A DNA stretch of 64,000 nucleotides from Phoronis australis (Eukaryota; Animalia; Phoronida): the NCBI GenBank assembly GCA_002633005.1, contig NMRA01000129.1, positions 496,627 through 560,626 on the forward strand, written 5' to 3'. The position numbers were made by a program, and so were the translations under genes. Below are positions 1-14,287 of the stretch, one piece after another. Under the pieces are notes generated by a model. That model ran no database searches and had not been told where the DNA came from. It saw nothing but the letters and a program-made list of their open reading frames with translations. Each line of letters opens with the position of its first letter. Within the stretch, counting starts at the first letter, position 1.

Positions 1-689
1 GATGGTAGTGTGGCCGTAAGAAATCAAACAAAATGCTGATACTTATCTAATATTGTTGGTCAAGAAAAAGTTGCTTTCGTGTACAAACGGCTTATTCGGC
101 ACAATATTCGTTAGTTTCCGTATGAGGTTATGTCTACATACATGATAACGTCATGTGGATTGTAACTAGAATTCGCACCACATACTGGAGCCCTGCGAAA
201 ATGGGCAGGCGCTGTTTTCTTTATAGAAACACATTTGTCAAATTTCCAAAGTTACAGAGCAGATGGGAAAATGTAAAATTGCCACATGGGGCAGTGCAGC
301 AGTCGGGTACGATTTATCGGCCAAGTTAAGCCGATGAGCTTTTGTTAACAAGAACACCCCTATTTCATGATAATCAAAAACTTGCTAGATATCAATGCAT
401 GTTAGACGCAAACAAAATAGCCGCTAGGGGGCGTAGTAGTAGTTCGGTCGTTCGAAAATCGACACAGCCCTGGTCTCCTTACCAGGAACATACCAGTTAA
501 ATTGCAGCACGACGATCTTTCGCCAGACATGGTAGATAGTGAGGTGGGCGCAAACAAAGCAAAATTTCCACCAGGGGGTAATATAGCGGTATTCAGATCC
601 AACCGATAATCAACGTCAGTCCTGCTCTCGGTAGTAGGACCATGCCTCAAATTTCATGACGATCTTTCACCGAGCTTGATAAATATCTA

Positions 690-1400
690 GGCAGGCACAA
701 AAAGTGCATAATGGTAATAGATTACGTCCGGAAATAAAAGTCAGGCATGTTCTCGTCAATAGGAATAAATCCGTCTTTCGAACTGTTTGGCAGATAGAGA
801 GGCTGACACCAAAAACGGACAGCAAAAACCTAAAATTGCCAAATTTCGTAAAGATTGCCATTGAGTAGATACAAAGACAAACTGCCAGTAGGTGGCACAC
901 CAGTAGTCGGATTTGTCGGATATGTAAATCCAGGCACACAAAAAGTACACACACTTGTATCTGAGGTATTGATTTTTTAAAATTTTACAATGCAATGGTT
1001 CCTTGAAGGATTCTGTATTGAAAACATCTTAATTTGGAATCCCAATAGTTGCTGATAATCCGATATTCCATCATGTAACCTTGTAAACACGTGTTCTTCT
1101 TTACCTCCACTAAGGTCGACAGTATACGTGCATTATAGACAAACTAGACAAATCCTTTCTCAAATCATTTCCTATAAAATCCTGGTGTATAGTTAAACAT
1201 TGAATGAATTTCTGTGCCATAACGGTTGAGATTCTACATATTTGGCGAAGAAGCCAAAAAAATTAAGAACAAAAATCTTTCTAAAAAGATACCTAATTGT
1301 CTGTGGCAGACTTTTGAATTATTAATTCAACTCCAAATTTCAAAACCTGCAAAATTAGAAAATAGAGAATCTTCCAATAGCGTCTCCAACATTTATTAGT
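690..1400 (-). mobile_element. Decayed L1/Tx1-type LINE ORF2 3' fragment
   Basis: SQPLWH, DSKLRCFQYRILQ and CTFC motifs with stop codons; boundaries approximate. Confidence 0.6.
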
Positions 1401-1424
1401 AGAATTTATAATCCAAGAACACTT

Positions 1425-1790
1425 AGCACACCATTCATACACCCATAATATTCACACACCATTCATACACCCACACCATTCACACACCATTCATACACCC
1501 ACAACATTCACACACCATTCATTTACCCGGAACATTCATACACCATCCATGCACCTGCAAAACATTCACGCACCATTCATACACCCATAACATGCACACA
1601 CCATTCATACACCCACAACATTCACACACCATTCATACACCCACAACATTCACACACCATTCATTTACCCGGAACATTCATACACCATCCATGCACCTGC
1701 AAAACATTCACGCACCATTCATACACCCATAACATGCACACACCATTCATACACCCACAACATTCACTTACCATTCATAAACCCACGCAC
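1425..1790. repeat. CA-rich ~28-bp minisatellite with a 142-bp higher-order duplication
   Basis: Unit CACACCATTCATACACCCACAACATTCA; the variant atttacccgg recurs at 1521 and 1663. Confidence 0.9.
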
Positions 1791-2086
1791 TCTTAATGAA
1801 CAAGTTATTTTCCAAATTAGGCCTATACATGTGCCAGTAAATGTATTCGTGTATCTAAGTATTTACAGGGGGCCTCCCAAAAGTTGAATTGATTTCCATT
1901 TAGTTTCAATAACAAGTTGGTCCACTTTGTTTTACAATGTAAGTGTTAGATGGCATACTGACGGTAATGTGGGTTACTTCAAACATTACCTAGGGCTTAA
2001 TCGTAGTAAATTAACAAAAATGAATGAAAAACTTCAAGGAATTTAGTTAAAGGCTATAGATGTGTGAGCAGGTATTGAAGACTCAC

Positions 2087-2307
2087 CTTTCTTAGCGAAA
2101 CACTATGAAGTGCGTCCCGGTCTTTGTAGCACATATCTTTGATGGGATCTTCCATTGGGTCCATGCATTCTTTAACCGAAAAGGAGACTGCATACTTGCG
2201 GAAAGCGTTCTGGGAAATCCACGTAACGCTGAATCCAGCAAAGGTTTTGTTGACCGGGTATGTAGTGATGTTAAGTTTAAAGTCATCAACAGAGACAGTG
2301 AACACGC
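2087..2307 (-). CDS. Putative FN3-like exon (GVFTVSVDDFKLNITTYPVNKTFAGFSVTWISQNAFRKYAVSF...)
   Basis: attttcag acceptor, AAG|GTGAGT donor, 221-nt open frame starting in phase 1, with a VTW..Y.V pattern. Confidence 0.55.
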
Positions 2308-4241
2308 CTGAAAATATTATAATTCTATGCAGAGAGACAAAGCATAAGAGAGTTTTAATGTGAACACTAGCTGTGAAGCGTGCACGCATTACCTTAGGAA
2401 ACATCATTTTAGCCCGTCACATGTGAAATTGGCACCCATTTGTAGACGCAATTAGGCACTTGCAGGAAAAGCTAGTATGATCGCTTCCATCGGCTTTTAA
2501 TACAGGACGATATCTCGCGAAGACTTCCATGATCTTGCGTATTCCTTGCATAAACGGAACGCATACCAGACCACAGCCCAGTTACATGAACGTTATACGC
2601 TGCATAGCAACAGTGACGTCGCGTTGTCACGCGCCACATTGTTATTGTTGGACGATGCACTTGGCGTCATGTAACAATCAAACTTGTCCAGTAGATAAGT
2701 TTGAAGTTTTATGAAACCTAGCTCTTGTGTTCTAAGTTCAGTAGATGTCTCTGTTTGAAACCATTGAAACCTTTATTAGTGTCAGGGCTTAATTGTAGTC
2801 GAACATTCACCACTGGCCGACGAAAGAAGAGACATCACCACGGCAGTGGAACTATACTCGTTCCACAAAACATTTACCACGGAAGCGGAAGTCTTACAAC
2901 TTTCCTACAAAATCCTTTCCACGCACGTCAACGCAAAACTTTTACTAAATACGTCAAGAAATGTAACTATGATACGAATACACTTAGTGTGCTAGCACTT
3001 CGCATCGATTTTGCTTGCTTACTCGACCAGTGCCACACAACATTGCCTTAGTTGTCAATTTAATGTTCTATTTGTGATTTATGGAGTTTTTAAGATAGTG
3101 GATGCCAAACTTTTGAAGAATTCACAGAGCTAGAAAACGTGCAACCATTCTTACAGTGGCTATAAATACGTGTTCCATACAAGAAGCGAACTTTTGATTT
3201 AGACCGATTTTCGCTATAAAATTTGCCTCAAAGTGTTCCTTCCTCAGATGAGTAGTGATTTAGATATTTTGTAAAAAATGACATATCGTTATTTGGCGAG
3301 ACCGTGCTCGCTGCGTGAAATCACACGCCGTGACAGGGCAACTTGCATTAATGAACTACCAACTTATTTGAAGTCGTAAAATCATCCCTAATATGATTAA
3401 GGATAATAATTTGAAAACAATTTCATTAATGAAAATGGTCTAAAGCAATAATTGGTTTTTGAGATGGAAGGTGGGTTTATAGCTTCTTTAAACGATGCCA
3501 AACCAATTTTGTAATTTTTAGCCTTTTTTCTGCTATTCAAACACTCTCGTCGGTTATCCTAGTAGGCTGTCGTTATTTTGCAGTTTTTTATATCGCCAAT
3601 AAAAATAGACATTTTCTTGAATCATGAGCCTCATTGATGTGTCGGCCCAAGGTACGCAAATAAGACTGACTTGCGAAATATTAGCCAAATATTTTGCGTG
3701 TGATGCAACTACCTACCCGGGTTATACTGCTCTAAAGCCTCTACACTGTTCTGAGTGACAGCCGCCAGAGCGTGTTCCTTTGATAACGAGGCGTTAACCA
3801 AGGGCAGTTGGGTAGATGTGTCTGCTCCCTGCAAATATATAATGCATCATTTTAGGCCATAGAACGATTAGAAAACGGACAATCACTGCATAAATAAAAA
3901 AGTTTATGTTAACTCAACGTTTCGTCTATTCATAAAAAATCATCAGGATATGTACAATAGGACAAGTGTCGATCACCATTCAAGTCACATCCATGGGATG
4001 AAATGAGAGTGAGAGATACATATATGTTCATGTAAAGCTGGGCACGTCGAATTATCTGTACGATTCTATAGATTTCAGGATCTTTCGAACAAAATCAATG
4101 AAGATTCACTGATATGTTTATTCTCCTGTCGTCTGCTAAATTTTGCCAAATGAAAAGTAGGTCACTACTGGTGGGACTCCCGGAGTAAAGTAGATTACAG
4201 ACAACACGTATACTATAGTCTCCGAGTAGGTCGAGTCTATA

Positions 4242-4420
4242 CAGTGGCGGATCTAGGATATCACAAGGGGGGGCCCAACATTTTGTCCGGCTGTAAACAT
4301 TTGCGCAAACTGCCCCACGATTGTAGATGCGCATAGCACCGAATGGGGGGAGGTCGGGAGGGGGGTTTGCCCCCCTTCCCGCCCAGGAAATTTTTCTGTT
4401 TTTACCTCTAAAAATTAAGT
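4242..4420 (+). mobile_element. Left end of a CAGTGGCGGATC-type (hAT-like) MITE
   Basis: Typical terminus and G/C-run hairpins; the partner TIR was not found. Confidence 0.4.
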
Positions 4421-4494
4421 ATTTTCCTTGATTCCTGAAGTATTATCCAAGAAAAAAGGCAAAAAAAAAACACGGAGAACGTGTCAAACAGGAA

Positions 4495-4562
4495 AAACCA
4501 AGGACTCGAACTCACGACCTTACGCAGAGAGCGCGTTTGCGTTACCACTACACCACCACCAC
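4495..4562 (-). mobile_element. tRNA-derived SINE head (not a tRNA gene)
   Basis: A box TGGTGTAGTGG (4545-55) and B box GTTCGAGTCC (4502-11); no intact cloverleaf. Confidence 0.55.
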
Positions 4563-5189
4563 GATTTAACTATTAATCTCATACTAAGAGACCTACTTGT
4601 TTATGGTCCACAGCGTTTGCGCGCGAAACCTACTTCTTTTTGTAATGCTTATTACACGTTTTGTGCTATCGATTCTTAACAAATTTGTCGTACTTAAAAT
4701 GGTCTTCAAATGCCCAAAAGACCAAATCCGTTTTTCGTATTGGCAATAATGACGGGATTGCTTTGGAAATCGTCTTAACATAAGGTTTGACAAAGAGAGT
4801 ATTGCGAGTTTCTGAGTGATTCACTAACTGAAGGCTTCTATTAAAATTCCCATCTTACCAGCAGCTTCTAATTTTTCATCGTCACTCAGGTTCCATTTTC
4901 TTTAAAAAATGAAGTAAATTTTCTTCATTGCACAGTGGAGCAGACGACGGAAACTGAGTCGTAGTGCGCAGCGCCACTGCCGGTCGCCTGGGATATCGCG
5001 GGAGAGCATATACTTAGCCATAGTTCCGTTACGAATGCGCCATTGGATTTGTTTGGAATTGAGTATTATTAGACTTAGAAAATATAAGATCAACACTTTT
5101 TTTCAGGTTTAAATTTCATCTTCCATTTGCAAGACCAGTCATAGAGTTTGTTTACGTCAGTTTGCAATTGTAAGGAGTCAAATTTCGTG

Positions 5190-5335
5190 AGCTACAAACT
5201 AAAGTAAGTTTTACTCGACTACGTCTTGTTTGTCGGGGAAAATGGCGGCTTGGAAACGCGACGAAGGTGTGTCGAGAATGCTGCGTTCTGATTGGTCAGT
5301 TAAGCCGTCAGTCATAATCCTGGCGATAGGTCAAT
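5190..5335 (+). repeat. Dispersed repeat, copy A (copy B at 14288-14432)
   Basis: Shared aaaatggcggcttggaaac..ggtcagttaagccgtca..aatcctggcgataggt. Confidence 0.8.
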
Positions 5336-6216
5336 ATTGGGAATGGTGGTTGGCCGTAGAGCACCCAGTATTAGGTAAATGAATAGGTAACCCGTTAGTC
5401 TGAAGACCCGGGAATCTTAATGTATTTTTCCAAAAATTATTAGTCCGAAGACCATTTACACAGCCCACTGTTTGAGCAAACACGCTGATACACATCTGGT
5501 GTACACGTACGTCACAGATGATGCGGTCCTGGAGGAAGAAATGCAGCAGCAGTACTGCGTTTATTTCCCATCTCAAGAAATACGAAGCTAAAAACCGAAT
5601 ATTGAATTAGGAAAGTACCTGTGAAGGTCTTTACAGCCCGCTGACCACAGGCCCGCCCATAAGGTAATTATAAACAAATAAAAGACACAAAATAAATGGC
5701 GAACAAATAAACAGACATGACAATAAAATTTTTACTTATGAACAAATTCAGTATGTCACAATTTATATGAGTAGTGTTTTAACTTGTTTAAAACGCCAAA
5801 AATTACCCTTTCTACTACTTACGGTATCGATGTTATTTCTAAATTTTCCTGAATACTTAAGGCTAAAATCAAATGTTTAACCCTTTCTGTTTTAGCATTT
5901 TTAATTGAGATACTATAGATTTATGATAAATCGTATATTTAGATTTGTTTACATTGAGAAATAACTTATTTGCATAAAGCCACATGTTTTGCGAGACAAA
6001 TTTGAGCGCAACTGCGCCACCCCCTATCGAGATCAGTTTCACCTCCCTATCAGTCACCACCCAGTTTTGCATAGCATTTGACACCAACCCCCGTCGACAC
6101 CCATTTTGTCTCCGCCAGCACATCCCCTCCCCGACACCAGTTTTATCTCCGTTCTTTGATTGGGTGATAAAAATTGGTGAAACACTCACTTGGGTATACC
6201 CTTAACATCACCGACC

Positions 6217-6457
6217 GCAAGTAATATCACTGTACGTACCCAGGACTTCTGCAAGTAATATCACTGTACGTACCCAAGACTTCTGCAAGTAATATCACTG
6301 TACGTACCCAGGACTTCTACAAGTAATATCACTGTACGTACCCAGGACTTCTGCAAGTAATATCACTGTACGTACCCAGGACTTCTGCAAGTAATATCAC
6401 TGTACGTACCCAGGACTTCTGCAAGTAATATCACTGTACGTACCCAAGACTTTTGCA
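6217..6457. repeat. 34-bp minisatellite, 7 copies
   Basis: gcaagtaatatcactgtacgtacccaggacttct head-to-tail, near identical. Confidence 0.95.
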
Positions 6458-7243
6458 GGAAAAACACCAGAATTGTCAGAAGCTTCCAACTCATGATGAC
6501 AAAACCACGGACTATTCCTAAAAGGTGTCTCTACACTGATGTTTATGTATGCAAAAATTATCAACAAACACCTGGTTCCCAGTACGAAATACGTCATTCC
6601 TTGTGATTGGAATCTGGGGGCCAAATATAGAAAAAAAAAAACAAATCCTTGTAAGGCGTCCTCGAAACTACCTTGAGAATCCAAATTACCTGTCAGTGCA
6701 ATGCATGTAACTATTTACGCATGAAAAGTTGTTTCTACGACGCAGTTTGAACTAAACGTACAACGTGCTAATTTCGTAAAAGGCTTTATGCATGACAGCG
6801 AACGAGTTTTTTAAATCGAAGTGTGCCGGCGGACTCTGTCAACGTATAAATCCTTAGTATTTGTTTTTCATTACTCATCTCTATTTTTAGCTACAAGGGT
6901 CTACTTTTATGTTCATACATTACTCTACGCGACACCTGATTGGTCACTCACTATATTTCCTTTTGTTCAGCTCAACGTGCTCTAGCTCATTCAGCCACCC
7001 ACCTCAGTCGTCGGCCCTTCAGGCACTTCTTTTGTTTTGGTTCCATCATTGAGGGCTACTCATTGTACACGCCTTGCCCATCTTGCAGAGTTTTATTTAG
7101 TTCCTTTACTTACGTCGTAATAAATGACATTATTCTCAATCCTCATCTTGTTTTACTCTGCAACGTAGCTCGTGACGTACCCCAGGCAAAATAGATTACG
7201 ACAAACATCTTATCCATTGCAATATATATTTTGCTATGTATAA

Positions 7244-8250
7244 ATTAGATATTCTCCATCAATATTGTGGAAATTGGTGGTAAATTTGTCCAAAACAAAG
7301 GTTATTGTTTTAAAAGAGGTGGTATTGTCAAGAATTACGATACGAGAAATGGGCATATGGAGGAAAAAATGTAAATATTGTTAAGGAATATAAATATTTT
7401 GTTTCGATATTTAGTTCGAAAGCATCCGTGCTTTACAGGCTGTCAAAGCAGTAAATCGCTTACGAAAAATGGTGAATAGTTTTAAAATTTACCTAGTAAT
7501 TGTAACCTTAATTTATTTGACAGTAAAATTGTACCTGTCCTACATTACGGATGTGAAGTGTGGGCTAAAATGACGGCGTAGATGTTGAAAAGGTACATTG
7601 CAGTATTTGCAAGGAAATATTAAATCCACCTTGTACGGCGGATAACTCTGCAATGAAAGGCGAACTTGGAAGGTATTCACTTCCTAGAATTATTAAATAT
7701 TAGTTAAAGCTGTTGAAATCTGATGATTAAAAAATTATTCATCACTGTTAGCCTGGCAATACAACATGACACAGAATGGTAACAAGCCATGTTGGGCGAA
7801 CGATGTCAACAAATTTTTGCTCTCGCTTGGCTTAGGCGAAGCTTGGTTAATTTAACCAGGGTGTGGGAAAAGAATCTCAGTTCTTGCATCCATTTAAACA
7901 GCGGTGTAAGGATGTTGATCAGCAACAATGGCTTGATCTCATAAATAAATCTTCGAAACAGGTATACTAGGAAAATTATATCACAGATATACTACTAAGA
8001 TTACTTAGATGCGATTGATAGTATTGCAATGACCAGACTGAGATGCTCGGCACATAATTTTATGTTGAAAAAGGTAGGCATTGCAACATGCCGATATCTG
8101 AGAGGTTGTGTACATTCTGTGTAAGACCATATATTGAAAAAGAATATCACTTTTGTAGACAATGTCCCTACTATGATGACTTGAGGAGCAGATTTCTTCC
8201 TGCAGAGCTATACAAAATTCCTACTTATGATAAATTCTTGAAAATGTTTT
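7244..8250 (+). mobile_element. Decayed LINE ORF2 3' half (RTE-X-like)
   Basis: Frameshifted LVVNLSKTKVIVF, YGCEVW, KGELGRY, RLRCSAH..EKGRH, ERLCTFC..EYHF..CPYY. Confidence 0.75.
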
Positions 8251-9108
8251 GTCATAATGAATGACTTTTGCGCAACCATACGTTCTCATTTTTCGTCTCA
8301 TAAACACATATTGTGTACTGCAGAGAAACAGGAAGGTCAGCGATGCTCACTGTAGAATGCATCAAGTACGAAATTTCAGGTCACAGCGTGATATTCATTT
8401 GACATGTGGATCTTGTAATCAAAAAGGGGAGAAATGTTTAGGGGATAAGCCACAAGCAATCCACTCAACGATGCACCCATATGTTAAACTAATTATTTAA
8501 ACGTTATTACGGTTTTCTGAATAGCCCCTTCGTTCATGCAACTTTCAAATGAAAATCGATATTTTTGGAAAGTTATCAAAGTACCTGTTTTCGACGGTGT
8601 TTTATGCACAATTGAAAACTTCGAAAAATAGTGGAACTGTAGCGTCTGACAACAGGTGTCATTTGAATATCTGATCTGCCATTGCTGAGATACGATGTTC
8701 CAATACTGCACCCGGTCGATATGGACATGTTCGTACTTTTAACCATAACTTTAAAACGTTGCCAATCGAAACTTATTTCAGTCTAATTGCATACATACCT
8801 TGTATAATAAAGACCACTCTCCAACGTCTTGCTTCGTCAGCAGAATGTACGTGACGTTGACTAATTCGATGGGACGCCAAGACACGCACACGTTGACGCT
8901 CTGCTTGGTGTACGTTGGTACATTAATGGGGTTTCCGTTTTGTACTCGTCCCTTTACTGAAAGAATACTAATAACTTAGTGCGTCAAATTTATATATCTC
9001 TCAAGTCACGGTACCGGACTTTGCTCCGTTTTAAAAGTCTCAATGCTCATAAAAAGTGGAACAGGATAAAAATGCATCTAGGGTTTTTATCCACGCACTC
9101 ACAAGATA

Positions 9109-9160
9109 TAGACAGACAGACAGACGGACAGACGGACGGACGGACGGACGGACAGAGAGA
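9109..9160. repeat. (GACA/GACG)n microsatellite
   Basis: Direct reading. Confidence 0.9.
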
Positions 9161-10237
9161 TATAGATATAAACCCAGAATTGACTAGTAACACAATTTTC
9201 AGACAAATGTTCAGGTCAATCCGAGAATTCACTATAAGCTACGAACTAGTAAACGTGCAAGTCCGCAGCGGAGCTCGTTTCAATAGGGTTTTCTATAAGG
9301 AACAACTATGACGGAAAGAACATAATTGTTGGTTTATTGTCCGCCAGTCAATATGCACAGACAGCAGGACAGCCACAAATTTGGCTGTCTGATGCCTTAG
9401 CGTCAAGAACTTCGAAATTTATATCAGGAGTCAGTTGTCGTTATATGGTCTTCAGTGGCCGGTGGCATGAAACAGTCTTAAAATCTTTTGCATATTTGTT
9501 TCGTTATTTCCTCACACATGGAATATCATGTTTTCTTTATTATAAACAACTCTTTGACTGATGGCATTTCTAAAATAATATAACTGAAAACTGAGCCCTT
9601 AATTCAATCAAAATAATTCGGGATTCAGTCCTCAAATTAGGGCGGTTGCACGAAAAGTTCCTTACTTATTTTCAATAATACTGAGAATTCAACTTAAAGT
9701 TCACTCTCGATTTGTATCAAAGCCAAAAATTGGCTTAGTAATGATACTCAGAAAGCATAAGAAATGATAATCAGTGTTTTCTCAAGCCAACAGGTATGCA
9801 GATATTTTGGGGGAATTAATGGAGTCCCTATTTGAGACTGTTTCATGTAACCGAGCAATGGCTGATGGCTTGCTAAATCCCCAATTGTTGAGTGATTTGT
9901 CATACCTTTAGGAAAAACAAAATTGTTACACTTTGTTTATTTTATAAGATTTATGAAATTGTCTTTGTAAAACCTTTGAAAAATAGTCAATTTCAATAGA
10001 TTTAAATCATCTAGGCTGAGATGCCAAGAGTTAATTGATGTTCATTCAAATCAATCGATGTCGAACTCGCTATGTGGAATACTGGCCACTTTTAACTACT
10101 ATGTCATTTTGTGCCATTGGCATCTGCCCGTCATCGCGCTCTTTTCAATAATGACTACGTTTTTTTAATCTTCACCGTGAGAGTTAAGAGAGAAATAGAA
10201 CTTCGGATCCGTTATATGCAGGAAACCTGATACATAC

Positions 10238-10283
10238 CAGTGAATTGTGTCCAGAATGAACAGCTACGACGACATCCTGCGCT
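10238..10283 (-). CDS. Putative exon SAGCRRSCSFWTQFT(G)
   Basis: ttgcag acceptor and GTATGT donor; phase 0-1, compatible with exon 2087-2307. Confidence 0.45.
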
Positions 10284-13200
10284 CTGCAATGATATTTTAG
10301 AAACACTATCGACTACAATCAAATGCACTTGTATAATATTTCTATGTGAACATTGAACTACACTTTCTGCTCTACCTTGCATGTGCTCATCACAAATGGT
10401 GTGACTTTTCAAAACATTTTTATTTTGCTCAAATGCTTCACACACTGGTGCACTCGCCCCAATGTCAGCTCACATTTTGGCGTAGCTGGGTGTCCCTTGT
10501 AAATGTGTATGTTTTAGATTGTTGTTATTGTGTGTATTTTGTCCAGTCTCAGTATTTTTCAATAAGACGGTCTCGGAAGTAAATTCCATTGTCCTGAAGT
10601 TAAGAAAACCCGTTGTTACATTGGTCTCGTTTTAGAAATGCCGGGTTGATTCTAGGAATCATGTTTGGATACATGTAGCGCAATTAAGAAAATTTTGAAA
10701 AAGCAAGGCACCAACAAATGGCATGAGAAATGCTAATGGCGCGAAAACGAAGCTAGAGTACCACGCACATCCGAGCCTAATTATTACCAAATCAGCCGTC
10801 AACGCAAGCCGCAAGCTTTGTTTAGGCTTACACGCGTCATTTTATTAATTCGCATTTATTTTTTGAATTGATGTTTTTGATGTTCTTGTCCGTAGCGGAA
10901 ATCAAGTCCTGCCATGATGGTACGGAATATTGTAAGACAGATTTTCCGCGTTTGGCAGACTAATACGAAGGAAATGCAATTATGATACTGAATTGAAAAC
11001 ACGTCGACGTGTGCTGCGTTGTAACTGATAAATCTGCCTCTATACTAACTTGCTCTCCCGTAGAGACGCATGCGTGTTAATTTAGATATACGTGCAACTT
11101 TACGTAAAAGCGTATGTGCCTTAATAGGCGCATGCACCGTAAAGGTGCTCAAGCGTATGAATCCTACAGTTTACGAAGTTTTAACATTTTTGTCTGAGTT
11201 ACCATCATCCTAAAAATCCTTCCTTTAGAAGATGTCGAGACAAATACTTCACGCCTGAAGTTAATGTTGACTAGACTCTGCTCTCACTTCGTCAGTTGTT
11301 TTATTCATGCCCAATGCTTCGAAACTTTAATTCAATAAAGCTTATCCCTGAAAGTTTTGAAACGGTTTACTGAAATTGTGGCTTGATTTTATGTCTAAGT
11401 TTTAGATAAGTTTCATATGTAACATGGTAGTTTGTGTATTTGATGAATAAACGACGTGTTTTCCATAAAATATTATGAGGACAATTTTGAAAATGAAAAA
11501 TTTCTATAACTGAAACACTATTTCAAAGTTAGAATGTTTCTTATAAAATAGATCTAAAGGTTTTAGTATACATCCGTTAGTAAGGGTCTAATTAAATTCA
11601 GTTTATTTTAGTCATGATCTTTAGATTGTTATACGTACACAAAGTGTACACTTGTTTTAATGAGAAAGTGGTCAGAACTCACACAGTAGTCAAGCGACTG
11701 GCAAACGAATCCCCACGTTTCATAATCACTGGCGAGGTATGTACACCACCGTTCACACTACAATGAAGGTAACATCAGTGACACACTACTTAAAAAGTAA
11801 ACATGTTTTTCTAGTACTTCGATAAAATGAAGAAAATAATAACTTAATCCGAGTCTTTGCGATATTCCAAACCATGATTAACGGCAATATATATTGTACT
11901 GAAGCTGGAATATGACGTCACCAGTTTTGAGGTACAGAACATGTACCCACGGTCACTGCATACGAAATATTTTCCTGAGTTTATCCAGCCACACGGTAAT
12001 GTACACACTCGTCAATAAAGGTGTTGAAAAAATACGCAACAATCTAGAAAACTGTTTTGTGCGAAATGTTCCACCTGATGGGCCATTGATCTGTGTTCAA
12101 AAGTGAAGGAAGTGCGTTTCAGGTACGTGATGCGCGCATTCCGTGTGCTGTAACCGTTACTGAGGGTGACGTATGTCCAATGCTCCTGAATCCTTTACTT
12201 TTCTCAGATCCATAACTACGCTCACAAAATCGCGCTACATACAATGAGTGAATGCGACCCATAACATATTATGTGACAAGTTGTGTAGACAGCCTCATCA
12301 ATAATCATCTCTGTGCTTTACGCTTCACGCACGAGAAATGAAAAGAGACAAAGTGAATTGGAAAGAAACAGGAACTCCTAGAAGCATCAACGTAGAGACC
12401 ATTTCAACACGATTGCGAATACGGCTACGAAGGAAATTTGTTCGGGTGTCACTTGATATCATGGCGTCACTGTTTCAAATATTTACAGGTTTCCTTCGTT
12501 CACACGTGGATAGTGAAAGCGTTATTTTCAAAATGTTACGTTTTCGTCGTCCACACAAGTAGACCTACAGTGAAAAGGCCGTTTACAAAAAAATTACCTT
12601 GGAGAAAGTGTATTAAAAAAGTAGCAATTTTGTTGCTGTTTTCATGTGGACGAGCCGTTAAGAAACATGTACATTTAAAACGTATATGTTTGAATATACT
12701 TACCGAATATTTTTCCATCTTCTCATCGGCATTTTCACTGTAAGAAAGCCGTGGTTCGTGCAACTACAATTAAAGCGTGCCAGGGGCTAGATTGATCACA
12801 AGCTCGGGATACACAACCATGAAGCCGCGTCTCTCCCTCCCTCCCTCCCTCCACACTCCCTCCCTCGCTACCTATCCCTCTCTCTCTACGAAATATTGCA
12901 GTGCTGTCTTTACCTCATGGCACACTACAGGGGGCCCCACGCCGTTCTTGCCACACTAAAGTCAAACGATACCAATCTGAAGGGTTTAGTGCCAGTGTGA
13001 ATGCAAAGAATGCCCCCTTGTACTGTGTCCCACCTGCATGAGTGCAGCAACCAGGTAATAGTAATTCACTGAATAAAGAGCCCGTACAGCTAGCGTTCCA
13101 CTACATGCAGGTAGGACATGTAGGGGGACATTCTTAACTACTAGGCTGGTTTTACTAATGGGCAAGAGACTGAGCTAAAGCAAGAGGCGTACCCATACAA

Positions 13201-14287
13201 AACGAGGCTCCACGCCTTGCACTCACTACGGATTCCACGCAACTTTGTCATATTTAAAAAACTTACGGCGTTATTTTCACTTTAAAAGTTATGTCGATCA
13301 AAATGGCTTCAAAGGCTCATATCTTTCCACGTAGCATACAGAAAATTGAGTGTGAGGCAGTGGCAATTTTGTAACGGTAAATGTGAAAGTGAATTCCCTT
13401 TCCAACAAATGCCTTTCCCGGCATAGGTTTGTTTGCAATGGCGGTGTGGTATGAGGGCCATTTGATCAAGGCTCCTTCTAGTAAGGCCTTTTGGGCGGAA
13501 GGTTGACGCCAAAACACCTTTTGGGGAGCCATGTAGTACTTTTGAGGTGCGCCAAAAATTCATTCGTACAAAACCAAAACCATTAACAACGCCGTATGAT
13601 GTAGTCTTTTTTTAAGAGAAGGGACGCATTCTTCTACTCGTTTCTCTTAGCTAATGGATGTCACACCGCCACTGCTTGTTTCGTTGTGAGACGCAGCTAA
13701 ACATTTTACAATGAGGCATCCAACATTTTGTTGAAAGCTGGCTTGAATGTTTTGAAAGAAGTTGAGTTTCGTGGAAAGTCAGCGAATGAAAATCCAATTG
13801 AAGTTAATGACATTTTGTGACGTGGGACATTTTCAGTCACGAGATTGGACGAAGTGGACACTCCTAAGTTCCAAATACTGAATTTGTGTTATGGATGTTT
13901 TTGAGTCTGATTGTAACGATCATTTTTCATTCAAATAAATGCGATTTGAGGCCAACAATGGCCAAGAAATGACTTATTTGGCACCGGTTGCACGTAACAT
14001 TTCTAAATGCAGAGAACATTTGCTATATGGAACGCGAAAAAGTTATGTTACTATCTATGCAAACAATCCAGCAAGTGCCCCTACCGTTGTCAAGAGGATG
14101 CGTATATTTAATATGCGCCTCGGCTTGACACTAAACTGACTAGCCCGCTTTACATGCTGGATAAAACGCTGGCGTTTTCGCTAGCACTTTTACTAGCAGC
14201 AAAACGTCAATAAAAATAATCGACTACATGTTCAACGCAGCCAGTTGACACAATTCCTATCGCAAGCTCCGCCCCCTTGCGTAATGT

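Noticed and set aside
4495-4562. tRNA gene
   Set aside because: A and B boxes are present, but the acceptor and anticodon stems do not form; treated as a SINE head.
6217-6457. 34-bp repeats of CRISPR-like length
   Set aside because: Head-to-tail with no spacers, no cas genes, and a eukaryotic context.
9640-9856. Harbinger-like MITE with degenerate 16-bp TIR (similar hints at 12500-12660 and 17050-17335)
   Set aside because: TSDs do not match and the ends are too eroded to call.
10469-10475. In-frame TGA read as selenocysteine
   Set aside because: Frame and phase are uncertain and no SECIS was identified.
11913-11920. Perfect CRE (TGACGTCA)
   Set aside because: A single 8-mer is expected about once per window by chance, and it has no promoter context.
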